Source: Acinetobacter phage vB_AbaM_ME3 | Strand: one strand, 5' to 3' | Sequence record: KU935715.1 | Length of the DNA stretch: 64,000 nt | Part shown: positions 36,101 through 46,102 of the stretch, in pieces | Numbering within the stretch: position 1 is the first letter of the stretch | Layout of the letters: each line of letters opens with the position of its first letter | Position numbers and translations under genes: made by a program | The notes under the pieces: model-generated | What the model was told of the DNA's origin: nothing | Seen by the model: the letters and a program-made list of their open reading frames with translations, nothing else | The model's database searches: none

Positions 36101-37983
36101 ATAGTAAAAATCCTTATATTAGTTATAATTTTAATTACACTGATCATGATATTAAATCTCTTAATTTCTCTCTCATTTCAACAACAAGAAGTGGTAAGTT
36201 TGATTTTAAAGACAGAGAGTTAATTAAAGAATTAGAGTCTAAACGCTTAGATTTACTTAATTTAGATATTGCTTGGGGAAGAGCTTCAGGTAAAGAAAAA
36301 ACTAGATTAGGAAAAGAACTCAAAGCTGCTCTAGATAGTTATACTACTTACAGAACAAATATGTTGTCTGGTGATAACAGTTTAATGAAAGGAGCTTTAA
36401 AACTTTACAATGAGTCTTCAGGAATCTATGAAGTTAAACCTGTAGGAGGAGCTGCTGAACGTCTTTTTGCTAAATCAGAATTGAATGCAGATGGTTCTTA
36501 TAAAGGAATTTCAGACAAGGTTGTTATGTCAAAAGGAGGAGTAAGGGAGTGGGCTTCAAGATTAGGTATTAAGGCAAAAGATATAGAGTTATTAGATACA
36601 GAAGAATTAGGTAAAGGTGAGCAGTCTCTTAAGAGAGTTATGTATAGAGATGCTGATAATAGATTAGTTCCTCTCTCATTAATGGCTTCTCGTGAACCAG
36701 CACAAGGTACAATGTCTTCTCAATTATTAGATGTAGTTCTTGATTCAACTATAGATCATAATGACACTGCTTTATTCTTCTCTAGAGGAAGTGCTGCTTG
36801 GTCTATTATGATGGGTGGAGACCACGATCAAGACCAAGCAGCTGTATTAGGAAATAAGCACTCTTACTCTGAGTATAGAGACTTGAAAAACACAGCAGAT
36901 ACCATTAGAGAACGTAATGCAACTCATCTTAATGACTCGTTACTGATGTCACCTAAAGGAAGTACTAAATCAGCAGTTACATTAAATAACTTTGGAAGTT
37001 TAGCAGAGTACAGTGAATATAATAACAAATCAGCTATGCAAGGAACTATTCGTAAAGATATTTCTCCTATGGCTACAGAGTTTAAGATCAATGTTAGTGA
37101 AGCTGTTAAGAAACGTTTCTATGGGGATGCAGACTTAATTACTGAAGCTGAAAATGCTTTATATAGATCTGTAGAAGGTCTATTAAAAACAAGTCACATC
37201 AGCACTGAAGACTTTACAGGTACTATGGCAATACAACAACTAGATTTTGCAAGAAGACAATATGTAGAAGGGGTATATGACAGTGATAAGTACGAGAAAG
37301 TTTTAAGAGAACATATACCATCTATCCTAGGATATGACGAGAATAAACCTAATGCAGAAAGACTTTCTAATATAGTTGATAACTTAGTTAGTGCTGAAAT
37401 AGATCAAGCTAAACGAGTTCATAGGGAAGCCTTCACTCCTACTCAAATCAATAAGGGTGAAAGGTCTGCTGCTCAGACTACAGCTAATATAGGGTCAATA
37501 TTAAAAGCTCAAGATATTGTAGATGTAGAAGAAGGAATAGATATGGCTCGTTCTCCACAGCAGTTGTATCATGGTGCTACTGATGCTATTATGGATACGT
37601 TTAAACGTAACAAGAGTTTAATTGCTGTTGGATTATCAGCAATGGCTGGAGTTTCATTATTAGCTAGAGAACAACCATCATTTAGTGACTCCAGAGATAA
37701 TGTAAGGATGCATAATACTCAAATGTTACAACAAAGAATAGACCCTGAAACAGTAGAAACAGGAATAGAAACAAATGTTAATAGAACTAACTACATTCAG
37801 CCTCAATACAATTCTAATAAAGCTGTTAGAATGTCTGGAGACTTTGTAGAACAAAGTTATAACACTTATGAACAATTCCCTTCTGACTTAATGGATTCAG
37901 CTGACACTCAAGTACAATCATTACAAAATGCTGTATTTGGAAATGATATGAGAAACGCAAGATTAAATATTACAGACTTATAA
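33172..37983 (+). CDS. giant virion-associated protein (1603 aa) with an N-terminal Gly-zipper/hydrophobic segment
   Basis: 4.8-kb ORF. ATGA overlap with the upstream gene. The N-terminus AAVAAGALGAAYTT...GIGAAMGSMLIL is hydrophobic and Gly-rich. Confidence 0.7.
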   Translation: MDKRLAAVAAGALGAAYTTDIFENPITGVVNAGIGAAMGSMLILPEVDVRNLAKVVTGVKQDEASILDRASSGISKQEEKLRTNFSTRVESFIDSFMKYSEGDGLENGFKENLDTVIKNSKSIETILKSRGYNNIPSLPEDPAKFSEFLKGLTNKHDISSIIPLFSEDAIDFVNTNAVNAPKVSQYTTRIDGSLSQEDKIKKLASVFETQFGNKVEDAMDKASMFVKRAVGDIKISDGSIILNDVVDSKSVTVPITSYDANGIRYHNAGNGRAMAVKGFSPFASLYMNEGVSSYAYDFADGRRLVTLEDVERGLDPEMMLKFLPEKSPMADYVGNMKKLISYDASEAAHEIIDGPNFTVTSPQLKNLSTITSLEYQLNIDSQGNINHNRPLVTPSSYLQKEGGGSAVADIVINKLSIDNKRAHKYGIGTSGNKSLDIQTNPNKGTIGMFVPKTRNPSGSVLRDTAPVKRGQGMQALDMIYGNFIKDNYASAQVVNKLDINNAKAFNEFAVALTGQNQTILADGFGLFNKGHSEAFSIKTTAELAIPLDNRTLMLNKDLKEALESPNLNDFLREKGGINIGTDILGYDANGRPFQLGKQFSEGIIKSGRRDNNGRLLLSIDARFNPQSEESLKFFSVGSKSLAEGIEQTRFNILASVGSLMNEGLVSFQNNVLTANDTAPEALKLALGNGLGLDDIKRLDQNRHFSVFMRQDVSMITEASKTGMSDLQHLLNASPDDELFQEFAKAHNITKLLMDNPAQKRSIVTAAFLMQENKANEDITSAIATRLMKPLQDLKNQVSGSKDYRSIVNLMNAGIIPKTKNFTPELIDQAINNVASAWRSATSINKYYKGDRLAQMEDLTRLVALSGIDSDLRGGVSSTIGTVNKGRANVGTGNKASMSWVARTSLLGSGYSRKQLDLFGKIDDGLLYEVNSLQRETAFQTKSVNSFITGREKELSSILMNTTPEQRISRLRSAFAYDSKNPYISYNFNYTDHDIKSLNFSLISTTRSGKFDFKDRELIKELESKRLDLLNLDIAWGRASGKEKTRLGKELKAALDSYTTYRTNMLSGDNSLMKGALKLYNESSGIYEVKPVGGAAERLFAKSELNADGSYKGISDKVVMSKGGVREWASRLGIKAKDIELLDTEELGKGEQSLKRVMYRDADNRLVPLSLMASREPAQGTMSSQLLDVVLDSTIDHNDTALFFSRGSAAWSIMMGGDHDQDQAAVLGNKHSYSEYRDLKNTADTIRERNATHLNDSLLMSPKGSTKSAVTLNNFGSLAEYSEYNNKSAMQGTIRKDISPMATEFKINVSEAVKKRFYGDADLITEAENALYRSVEGLLKTSHISTEDFTGTMAIQQLDFARRQYVEGVYDSDKYEKVLREHIPSILGYDENKPNAERLSNIVDNLVSAEIDQAKRVHREAFTPTQINKGERSAAQTTANIGSILKAQDIVDVEEGIDMARSPQQLYHGATDAIMDTFKRNKSLIAVGLSAMAGVSLLAREQPSFSDSRDNVRMHNTQMLQQRIDPETVETGIETNVNRTNYIQPQYNSNKAVRMSGDFVEQSYNTYEQFPSDLMDSADTQVQSLQNAVFGNDMRNARLNITDL

Positions 37984-37998
37984 TAAAAGGATAATAAT

Positions 37999-40900
37999 AT
38001 GGATACACCAGTACAGTTAGATACTTTATATTTTACTGCTGCTGAAGAAAAAGAGATGTTTGTTATTAACGATATTGAGGTGGGTGTAAGCCCATCCGAT
38101 ATCATGATGTTTGATAACAACTATGTACATGAGCAGACATTTGTTAGATCAAACTCTGTCTTTTGTTACAGATCAAAATACTCTGAAACTAAAGTAACAC
38201 TAAACTTTCCCTTTCAAATAACCCCTCAAAATTTAGTAGCCTCTGGTGAAGACTTAGAAAATAATACGTATAACTGTATTAGATTAATAACTGAGTTAAA
38301 CAGCTATCCTTTCTGTTTTATTAAAAGTCCTCGATTAAAAACTTACGTATCTCCTGCTATGACATCTACAACAGACTACCTAATGTTTGCTGTAGAGGAA
38401 CTTGCTGTTGTTCAGTCAGCGGCAGCTTCTAACTTATTATTGCTTGAAGTTACTTTAGTGTATTTTAACCATGCGCCATTAGCAGCAGATTTTCAATTTG
38501 TTTCTAATAAAGTCGTAACTAAGTCAGGTACATTTAGTACAACAGAAGGTACTGTTAAGACAGAGAGAGACTACATATCTTTTGAAACTCCTAAAGTTGT
38601 TTCTAATTTAGTATCTTCTGATATTTGGGCTCAGTATATTAATCCTAAAGTAGATAAAGTTACTGAGAAATTAGAGAATAATGGTTTATATGAAAAGATG
38701 ATGAACTCTAAAACCACACATGCTGGTTTAGATGTTAATGTCTTCATTCCAATGATTTCTACAGGTATTGAACATGCTGCTAAGTATATGGCAGATGATG
38801 ATGGGAAGTTATTAGCTCCAGACGCTAAAGTAGTTGTAACTACTGATATGGCTCCAATGGAAGATCTAGATCTTCCTAGAAGTATTCGAGAAACCTTAGA
38901 TCAAAACTTTGACGAGTCTAGATTTGAAACTGATTCAATCAAAGGCATGGTAGGTAGAAAGAAAGTAAAAGATAGTAAAGACACTGATAGTACAGATATC
39001 TCTTCTACTAATGAAGTTTCTAATAAAGAAGAAGCTGTTAATAATGTAGGTAAGGATGGAAGCACTCCAAGAGGATACAAACAAGTTTATGTTCAATACA
39101 GTAAAGCTTCTTTTGCTCAACTTGGTTTAGCAGTACAAAAGATAGAAGTACGAAGAAAGAACATATTAGCTATACAAAAAATTGGTGCTTATAAACATCC
39201 TATCGTTCAATTTATGGGTAAGAGAGCTGCACAGACTACCATACAATTCTTAAATAACTCTGATGGAGTTTATAGCGAGTATGATGAAGATAGTGGTATA
39301 GCTTCTTTTCTTACTAATGCTTTTCAGATTCTAGATGAAAATAGAAGACTATATCCTGAAGCAGAGGCTTATAATACATTAAAGATTCATTCATTAGCTT
39401 CTTTTCTCTTAAACTCAGAATCATCAATTCCTAATATTAATAACTTAGTAGCATCAGCAGATAGAAATGGTATTGAAACAATGATCTATCACTTTGCTGA
39501 AACTAATGTAGAAGGATTATTTGATAGTAATAGATTAGAGGCTTCTGGAGCTAAATCTATTTCTAAAGCAAGATCAGAAGTATATGGAATAATTCTCACA
39601 TGGTTAAAAGAATTTAATAGATTACTTTCTAAAAGTAATAAAGAAGGCATTTATCATTTTGCTAATATGAATCAAGACCAAGAAGTTGTCGCTACCTCTT
39701 TAGATATATATGAAGATATTGTAAGAGTTACATTAGCAGGAATGAGAGATTTAGGATTAGATAAGCTCAAAGGAGATGCTGCTGTAATCAAAACAGTAAC
39801 AGATCAATTATCTGATGGAGAGATTTCTCTAGGGAGTGCTAATAAGTTTAGGAAATATTCTTTTGTTTCGTCTAAATCTAGAGTGTTAAGTTCTGGCTTA
39901 AACTTATATGTAGATGCTTCTGAGTCACCTGTAGACTACTTTGATCCTTCTTATTCAGTTAGAGAGATGAGCATTAGTAATTATCATAACTGGTTCTCTG
40001 GTTATGCTATTCAAATCCTTCAAGCTAAGTTAGATCAAATGGATGGGAAACCTATTAATTTAACAAATATTCAAATCAGTGATACACCATCTTCACAATT
40101 TGAAACCTTAGCTACAACTATTATCAATAAATTAGGAAGAACACCTGAAACTATTCCTTTTGGAAATTCTTTCTCAGATAGTCAAAAATTCTTTATTAAG
40201 AATATGATTGACACTTACATAGGTTCTATGTATGGACAGAATCTAAGCGATTTAAAGTTAGAAGACATAGAAGAAGACTATGATGTAACTAAAGATGTTG
40301 TTATTCAAAGTACAGACCCTTTCTTTTTCTTATATACTGAACCTCTTATTGCTGATGAAATGAAAGCATTCTTTAATGATAGTTATAATGAAGAACAATT
40401 AAATAATAAAGCTTTAGAAATAAACGAAGATGCCGAGACAGTAAAACAGATGTCTTCTATAGAAGTTATGCTTGGTGCTAACTACAGAAAGCTTGAAGAG
40501 GTTGATTTTAATGAGAGTGATTGGGCAAGTAATCCAGCTGAAACAGGCGTTGTAACTGTATGGGGAGGAAGTGTAAATCTTAAGCCTTCGAAGAATGTAT
40601 CTGAAGCTATTGAGTATGCTTTATCTGTTTATGGAATGTCTGGAGATGAAGAACTAAGACAGTATATGTATAAAACTGCTTATATTGAGTCTAGACTCGG
40701 TACTAATATGGGATCAGGTCAAACTTATAGAGGTTTGTATCAATTCAGCAGAGGTGCTTTAGATAGTGTTCTAAGAGCAAATAATAAAGCGTACGCTTCA
40801 AAAGGGTATAAAAATTTAAGACCAGCAGATGCTGCAAAAATTGCAGATAAGATATGGAGTGATTCAAGTTTTATTAGAGACTTTAAATCAAGTGCTGTCG

Positions 40901-43900
40901 CATTTTTAGATAGTATGTTTTTAGTTCATGGTGGAAAAAAGACTAATCCTAGAACTGGTAAATTTGACATGCCTTATACGTATGCTGGACATCAACAAGG
41001 TGGTGGAGGTCAAATTAATGTAGGGATTTATCTAAAAACTGGAGTTAGTCCTGCTGTAGGAAAGTCAGCTGAAAATTTAAGACAGAATTCATCATCTACA
41101 TGGGCTAACTGGTACGCAGTTCATTCTAAAAAATATAATGAGTTGGCTCCATATGCAGGAGCTCCAGGAGTAGATCAAGCTAAGAAAGATGCTAAAAAAC
41201 AAGATGCACTAACTAAGCAAACTGTTAGTCAGCCTTCACCTTCCTTTACATCTGCAAGTGCTAGAAATGGTACTTTAAAAACAGGTCAAACAGTAGTCGG
41301 ATATGTTGTAAGAGAAGTAGATGGTGATACATTAGATGTTCAGTATACTGTTGATGGTAAGTCTATTATTCAACGTATTCGTGTTGCTGGGTTAGATACT
41401 CCAGAGACAGATAAGAATAACTCTAAATATAATCCTAAGACTGAGAAGTATGGTCAACAAGCTAAAGCAGAACTTGCAAAACTTAGAGGAAAACAAGTAA
41501 GTATTTCTGTACTAGGGGTTGAGAATGATAATTCTGAATATTCTGTAACACCTAGTACAAAAGTTCGTCTAGTCGCTAGTGTAACTACTGTCGATAAGAC
41601 TAATGTAGGATTAGATATGATTAAGAAAGGATTAGCTAATGTTAATACTATCTTCTCTACTAACCAACAATATACTGCTGCTCTTGAAGCAGCTCAACGT
41701 AGTAAGAAAGGTATGTGGGCTGAATTACCTGCAAATAAAACAGGAGCTCCAACTCAACAACCAATCAGAAAACCAGTAACTCCAGAGTTTACAGGAGAGA
41801 CAGGGAATAATTTTCAACCATTTGCTAATGGTCAGAAGTTTCCTATTAGTTCTCCATTTACTTATGGTAAGCCTAGACAAGATATTAAACGTTCTTCACC
41901 TCACAATGGATTAGATTTAGCAGCTACTAAAGGTACGACTGTAATTGCAGCAGCTTCTGGTACAGCAACATTTAGAGTAGCGAGTGGTTATGGATATTTA
42001 GTTGAGATTGATCATCATAATGGTTTTAAAACTAGATATGCTCATTTATCTAAATCCTTTATTGGTAAAAAACCACAAAAAGTAAATGCTCACCAACCTA
42101 TTGGATTATCTGGTGGTGTTAAGGGAGATATAGGTGCAGGAAGTTCTACAAATGCTCATCTACACTATGAAGTTCATTATAAAGGACGACCAATACATCC
42201 TTTCACTACTAAACAAACATTAGATAAATATGCTGAAGGTTCTTTAGTAGAAGGAGAATTCTCAACATATCCTCAAACAGTAGAAAATAGTGGAATATAT
42301 ACCCCTCCATCTTACAATCCTCGAACAGGTATTACTCCTGAAAATACCGTATACAATGAACAGTACCTAGCAGAAGCTATTATTGATAATGCTAAGAAGT
42401 ACATTAATACAGGTATGAAAGTAGCTCTTCCAGCTATTAAAGTGTATATTGTAATAGGTAATGAGAATGACGGGTTAGGATTAAGTTCTTCGCTGACTGG
42501 TGTTCAATACTACGAACTAAATGGTGTTCAAGCTTTTAAGATGGTTTGCAATAATGATAATAATCCTATTGATGTTGCTATCATGCAAGTTATTAATCCA
42601 TCATTTATGCATACAGATGCTTGGACTAATCAAGCTCCTCCAGGTGTAGATTTAACTAAAGTAGGTACAGATTTAGAAACACAGCTATTGAAGAGTAGAA
42701 TGTTATTAAAAGTTGGTACTAAGCTTCAAGTCAGACTAGGTTATGGTAATGACCCTAATGAATTAGATATTGTATTTAATGGAGGTATTGTTGAAGTTGG
42801 TAACAATGAAAATAATCAAATCATGACTTTAGTTTTAGAAAGTTATGGTAGGGAGTTATTACAAGAGATTGTTAATCCAACTGCACCTGAAGAATCTCCA
42901 CAAGTTTCTACAACCAGTATTATTGGTAAAGCATTACAGTCTAGATCAATAGATCACTTTGGTGCTACTAACAATTTAATTAAATGGTTCTTTAAAGAAG
43001 GCGGAGAAGATCCTGAACAAAGATCTTTAGTGCCAGCAATAGATATTACAGGAAGAGCAGGATTCTTTAACTTGTTTTCAGCTTCTACGTATAGTTCTAG
43101 ACTTTACATGAATATCTTTGCACCAGAGATTGAAAATGTTGATAACACCTATAGTAGTTTATTAAGTTCTTTAATTGATGGTCTAGGTTGGTCTAATAAA
43201 CAAATGTTCCCTACATTCTTTATCTATCAAGCAACTGCTTGGGATATATGTAAACAAATGGAATACAGACACCCTGGCACAATATTTAAACCTATGATAT
43301 TTGAAGATAGAGTAACACCTTTCTATGGTATCAAAGAGCAGATGTATTTTGCTAGAGATTTATCTACTTATACACAGATGCAAGTAAAGGCTAAACTAGA
43401 AGATGAGGTTAGAGACAAACAAGTGCGAGATTACTACTCTAGACGTAGAGAACGTATGAAGCCTGTTAGTAATATTCATATGATTTCCTCTTCTACTAAT
43501 TTAATGTCTAATGGTATTAAATTAAATTCACAATGGAAAACTTCTGTAAACGTTTCTTGGTTTGAAGACAGTGATGACTTTAATGAATATTGGGAATGGC
43601 AAACTCAGAAGATGGATGTTGATGACAACTTACTTCCTTGGGAGATCAGAGAAAAAGAATTAAGAATGAGTGGTATTCATGGTAAATACTCTTCTTTCAT
43701 GTATGGCACAGAGGCTTTGAAAAAAGAAGCTGAAACTATGTACGGAGGAAGTATATTGATAACAGGTAATCCATCTGTTAAAGCAGGAGACTATATTTTT
43801 ATAGATGATACTGAAAACAGAATGTCTGGATTATGTTTAGTTAGAGACTGTATTCACCACTTTGATCCTCAGTTTGGCTTTGTCACTGAGATTACTCCAG

Positions 43901-44988
43901 GATTGTATGTAGAGCCTGCTGCTTTCATGTATAGTGCATTATGGATTAAACTTATGTGTACATTTAAGGTAGGTAGTAGTAAAATAAGACTTAATACATC
44001 ATCTGGCTATTCGTCTCAATATAATCTAATTAAGGACTATTTAGATTTGATGCAACAGTTAGTAGCAGCTGGAGATAATCCTTCCCTGTCTAACTACGAT
44101 ATAGAAGACTCTAGATTACTTATGTTAACGTACTCAACAGCTATTACTCTTTCAGCTTATATGGGTTGGAGTTTGTCTAGATTTTTAGGGCAAGGAGCTA
44201 CACCTATATTTAATAAGAAAGGTCTAGTTAGATTTAGTGCTGCCACGATGAGAGGATTGTTTCATACAGGAACTAATAGAGTCTTCAATTCAGCCTTAGC
44301 TAAAGTAAAGAAAATAGATAGAGTTGCTAAAACACTATCTTATGCTAATGGAAAGTATACAACTACCAAATCTACTGTAATTGCTTCAAAAGCCTTTCAA
44401 AGATTTGCAACATCTAAACCAGTAACCGCTTTAAATGGAATTAGAAACAGATGGTACTATAGATGGACTGCTGGCCTCACTAAAGGAACTGCTAGTCTAC
44501 TATTTAAAGGTGTTACTAGAGCTTCTATGGCAACCATACATGGTTTTGCTGCTAGTAATCCAGTGACACTGATACTTGATGTTGCTTTAACCTTAATTGC
44601 TTCTTGGGCTTTTGCTAAAATAGAAGAAAATAAATTGACAAGACAACCTTTACTATTCTTCCCTTTAATAGCTCATGGAAAACCATACGTTGCTGGTATG
44701 ATGGGTGCAGTTAGAAATAGTTGGCTTGATAGTAAAAAACTTGAAATTGGAAAAACATGGAATCAAGTTTCTAAAGCTGCTGCTGCAATAGATGCTAATA
44801 ACGGTGTGAAAGGTGAAAATACAAATCCTGTTGTTAAGTTAATAGCTAAGCAGTCACACGCTACAGCTGAAGTAAAGAATGTTAGTATGGTTAAGAAGCC
44901 AGTAACTCAAACAGTAACTATTGACCAAGTACAGAAACAATTTGATCCAGATGAAGGAACAGTTAAAAGTCCATTCAGACCTAAATAA
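37999..44988 (+). CDS. giant multi-domain virion protein (2329 aa): lytic transglycosylase (SLT) + staphylococcal-nuclease-like (SNase) + M23 peptidase domains; tape-measure/tail-hub-like
   Basis: SLT motif YIESRLGTNMGSGQTYRGLYQFS (~40680). SNase motifs VVREVDGDTLDV...RIRVAGLDTPET...KKGMWAE (~41280..41730). M23 motifs HNGLDLAA...GYLVEIDHHNGFKTRYAHL...NAHLHYEV (~41880..42200). Confidence 0.85.
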   Translation: MDTPVQLDTLYFTAAEEKEMFVINDIEVGVSPSDIMMFDNNYVHEQTFVRSNSVFCYRSKYSETKVTLNFPFQITPQNLVASGEDLENNTYNCIRLITELNSYPFCFIKSPRLKTYVSPAMTSTTDYLMFAVEELAVVQSAAASNLLLLEVTLVYFNHAPLAADFQFVSNKVVTKSGTFSTTEGTVKTERDYISFETPKVVSNLVSSDIWAQYINPKVDKVTEKLENNGLYEKMMNSKTTHAGLDVNVFIPMISTGIEHAAKYMADDDGKLLAPDAKVVVTTDMAPMEDLDLPRSIRETLDQNFDESRFETDSIKGMVGRKKVKDSKDTDSTDISSTNEVSNKEEAVNNVGKDGSTPRGYKQVYVQYSKASFAQLGLAVQKIEVRRKNILAIQKIGAYKHPIVQFMGKRAAQTTIQFLNNSDGVYSEYDEDSGIASFLTNAFQILDENRRLYPEAEAYNTLKIHSLASFLLNSESSIPNINNLVASADRNGIETMIYHFAETNVEGLFDSNRLEASGAKSISKARSEVYGIILTWLKEFNRLLSKSNKEGIYHFANMNQDQEVVATSLDIYEDIVRVTLAGMRDLGLDKLKGDAAVIKTVTDQLSDGEISLGSANKFRKYSFVSSKSRVLSSGLNLYVDASESPVDYFDPSYSVREMSISNYHNWFSGYAIQILQAKLDQMDGKPINLTNIQISDTPSSQFETLATTIINKLGRTPETIPFGNSFSDSQKFFIKNMIDTYIGSMYGQNLSDLKLEDIEEDYDVTKDVVIQSTDPFFFLYTEPLIADEMKAFFNDSYNEEQLNNKALEINEDAETVKQMSSIEVMLGANYRKLEEVDFNESDWASNPAETGVVTVWGGSVNLKPSKNVSEAIEYALSVYGMSGDEELRQYMYKTAYIESRLGTNMGSGQTYRGLYQFSRGALDSVLRANNKAYASKGYKNLRPADAAKIADKIWSDSSFIRDFKSSAVAFLDSMFLVHGGKKTNPRTGKFDMPYTYAGHQQGGGGQINVGIYLKTGVSPAVGKSAENLRQNSSSTWANWYAVHSKKYNELAPYAGAPGVDQAKKDAKKQDALTKQTVSQPSPSFTSASARNGTLKTGQTVVGYVVREVDGDTLDVQYTVDGKSIIQRIRVAGLDTPETDKNNSKYNPKTEKYGQQAKAELAKLRGKQVSISVLGVENDNSEYSVTPSTKVRLVASVTTVDKTNVGLDMIKKGLANVNTIFSTNQQYTAALEAAQRSKKGMWAELPANKTGAPTQQPIRKPVTPEFTGETGNNFQPFANGQKFPISSPFTYGKPRQDIKRSSPHNGLDLAATKGTTVIAAASGTATFRVASGYGYLVEIDHHNGFKTRYAHLSKSFIGKKPQKVNAHQPIGLSGGVKGDIGAGSSTNAHLHYEVHYKGRPIHPFTTKQTLDKYAEGSLVEGEFSTYPQTVENSGIYTPPSYNPRTGITPENTVYNEQYLAEAIIDNAKKYINTGMKVALPAIKVYIVIGNENDGLGLSSSLTGVQYYELNGVQAFKMVCNNDNNPIDVAIMQVINPSFMHTDAWTNQAPPGVDLTKVGTDLETQLLKSRMLLKVGTKLQVRLGYGNDPNELDIVFNGGIVEVGNNENNQIMTLVLESYGRELLQEIVNPTAPEESPQVSTTSIIGKALQSRSIDHFGATNNLIKWFFKEGGEDPEQRSLVPAIDITGRAGFFNLFSASTYSSRLYMNIFAPEIENVDNTYSSLLSSLIDGLGWSNKQMFPTFFIYQATAWDICKQMEYRHPGTIFKPMIFEDRVTPFYGIKEQMYFARDLSTYTQMQVKAKLEDEVRDKQVRDYYSRRRERMKPVSNIHMISSSTNLMSNGIKLNSQWKTSVNVSWFEDSDDFNEYWEWQTQKMDVDDNLLPWEIREKELRMSGIHGKYSSFMYGTEALKKEAETMYGGSILITGNPSVKAGDYIFIDDTENRMSGLCLVRDCIHHFDPQFGFVTEITPGLYVEPAAFMYSALWIKLMCTFKVGSSKIRLNTSSGYSSQYNLIKDYLDLMQQLVAAGDNPSLSNYDIEDSRLLMLTYSTAITLSAYMGWSLSRFLGQGATPIFNKKGLVRFSAATMRGLFHTGTNRVFNSALAKVKKIDRVAKTLSYANGKYTTTKSTVIASKAFQRFATSKPVTALNGIRNRWYYRWTAGLTKGTASLLFKGVTRASMATIHGFAASNPVTLILDVALTLIASWAFAKIEENKLTRQPLLFFPLIAHGKPYVAGMMGAVRNSWLDSKKLEIGKTWNQVSKAAAAIDANNGVKGENTNPVVKLIAKQSHATAEVKNVSMVKKPVTQTVTIDQVQKQFDPDEGTVKSPFRPK

Positions 44989-44996
44989 GGAATAAT

Positions 44997-45782
44997 ATGA
45001 CAGTAAAAAGAAGTTTTAAAAAGGTGGCAGACAAAATTGGAAGCCACCAAACTTCTGGTATGGAATACAATGATTCCTTTAAGAACTTAGTTAGTAATGA
45101 CTATACTAAAAACCTTAAAGGAATCATTAAAACTATCTTTATCAGAAATAATACAGTATTTGTTATTGCAGAAAGGGATCATTCTGATCTAGTATCTAAA
45201 AATCCTGAAAGTCAGTACACAGTAGGATCTTTACATGGAGAACATTCATTATTTAATGCTTTTGCTTATGAAGATGCTGATGGATTAACATTAGCAGAAC
45301 TAGCTATTCCTACAGATATTGATCCAGCTAACAATGTGTTGGACAGATATATTGGAGCTCCTGTTATTGTACAGGAGCAAGATGGAATAGCTATATTTGC
45401 TTCTTTATCTAAAGGAGCTTCAGCTCTTACAACTATCCACCCTTCTGTTATAAGAAAGGTTAGAGAAGCAATGATGAAGAACTATAACGGAGAAGATACT
45501 AAACCTACCTCGATTTTTGATAGTGTATTTAATCCTCTATGGGCTTCTCTAGGTGTCCTTCAAGAGGAATTAGATGAGCTTAAAAAGCTTCAATTTAATT
45601 CAGATGAGCATTCAGGTAAAATACTTACAGTTGAAGGTGAAGGTGTTTGGAATAAGGATGTTTCAGGTGCTAAAGATAACGAAGTTATTATCCCTCTTAA
45701 CAATATAATTCAAGATTTAAATCAATCAGGCATGAAAGATAATTTATGTCATTTACCAACTAGAATATTTTCAGCGAAGTAA
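44997..45782 (+). CDS. hypothetical baseplate-region protein (261 aa)
   Basis: AAGGA RBS. First gene of the baseplate block. Confidence 0.5.
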   Translation: MTVKRSFKKVADKIGSHQTSGMEYNDSFKNLVSNDYTKNLKGIIKTIFIRNNTVFVIAERDHSDLVSKNPESQYTVGSLHGEHSLFNAFAYEDADGLTLAELAIPTDIDPANNVLDRYIGAPVIVQEQDGIAIFASLSKGASALTTIHPSVIRKVREAMMKNYNGEDTKPTSIFDSVFNPLWASLGVLQEELDELKKLQFNSDEHSGKILTVEGEGVWNKDVSGAKDNEVIIPLNNIIQDLNQSGMKDNLCHLPTRIFSAK

Positions 45783-45786
45783 TATT

Positions 45787-46101
45787 ATGATAATTAAAGA
45801 CACTGCTGGTTCTTCATCTTTTGTTCAAGTGACTGAAGGATCTTCTCAAATAGCATCGGGACCTGTATCAGTATCAGTAACAAATGATAGTGGTGTATTT
45901 ATTAATGGTCCTGTATCAATATCTTCATCAATAGACAGAATTAAAGTTGGTGGAGGTATCTTCAGATTTAACAGTATGCTTTCTACTGGCATTGCTTCAA
46001 CTATGGTTACACCAATGCCAGTTCTAAAAGTAGATTTACCAGTTTCTAATATCTCAACTATGGTTGCTATTGCAGCTATAGCAAAATCAATAGGAATTTA
46101 A
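45787..46101 (+). CDS. small baseplate protein (104 aa), possible spike/needle component
   Basis: Sits immediately upstream of the gp25-like gene. Ser/Val/Gly-rich beta-type composition. Confidence 0.4.
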   Translation: MIIKDTAGSSSFVQVTEGSSQIASGPVSVSVTNDSGVFINGPVSISSSIDRIKVGGGIFRFNSMLSTGIASTMVTPMPVLKVDLPVSNISTMVAIAAIAKSIGI

Positions 46102-46102
46102 A

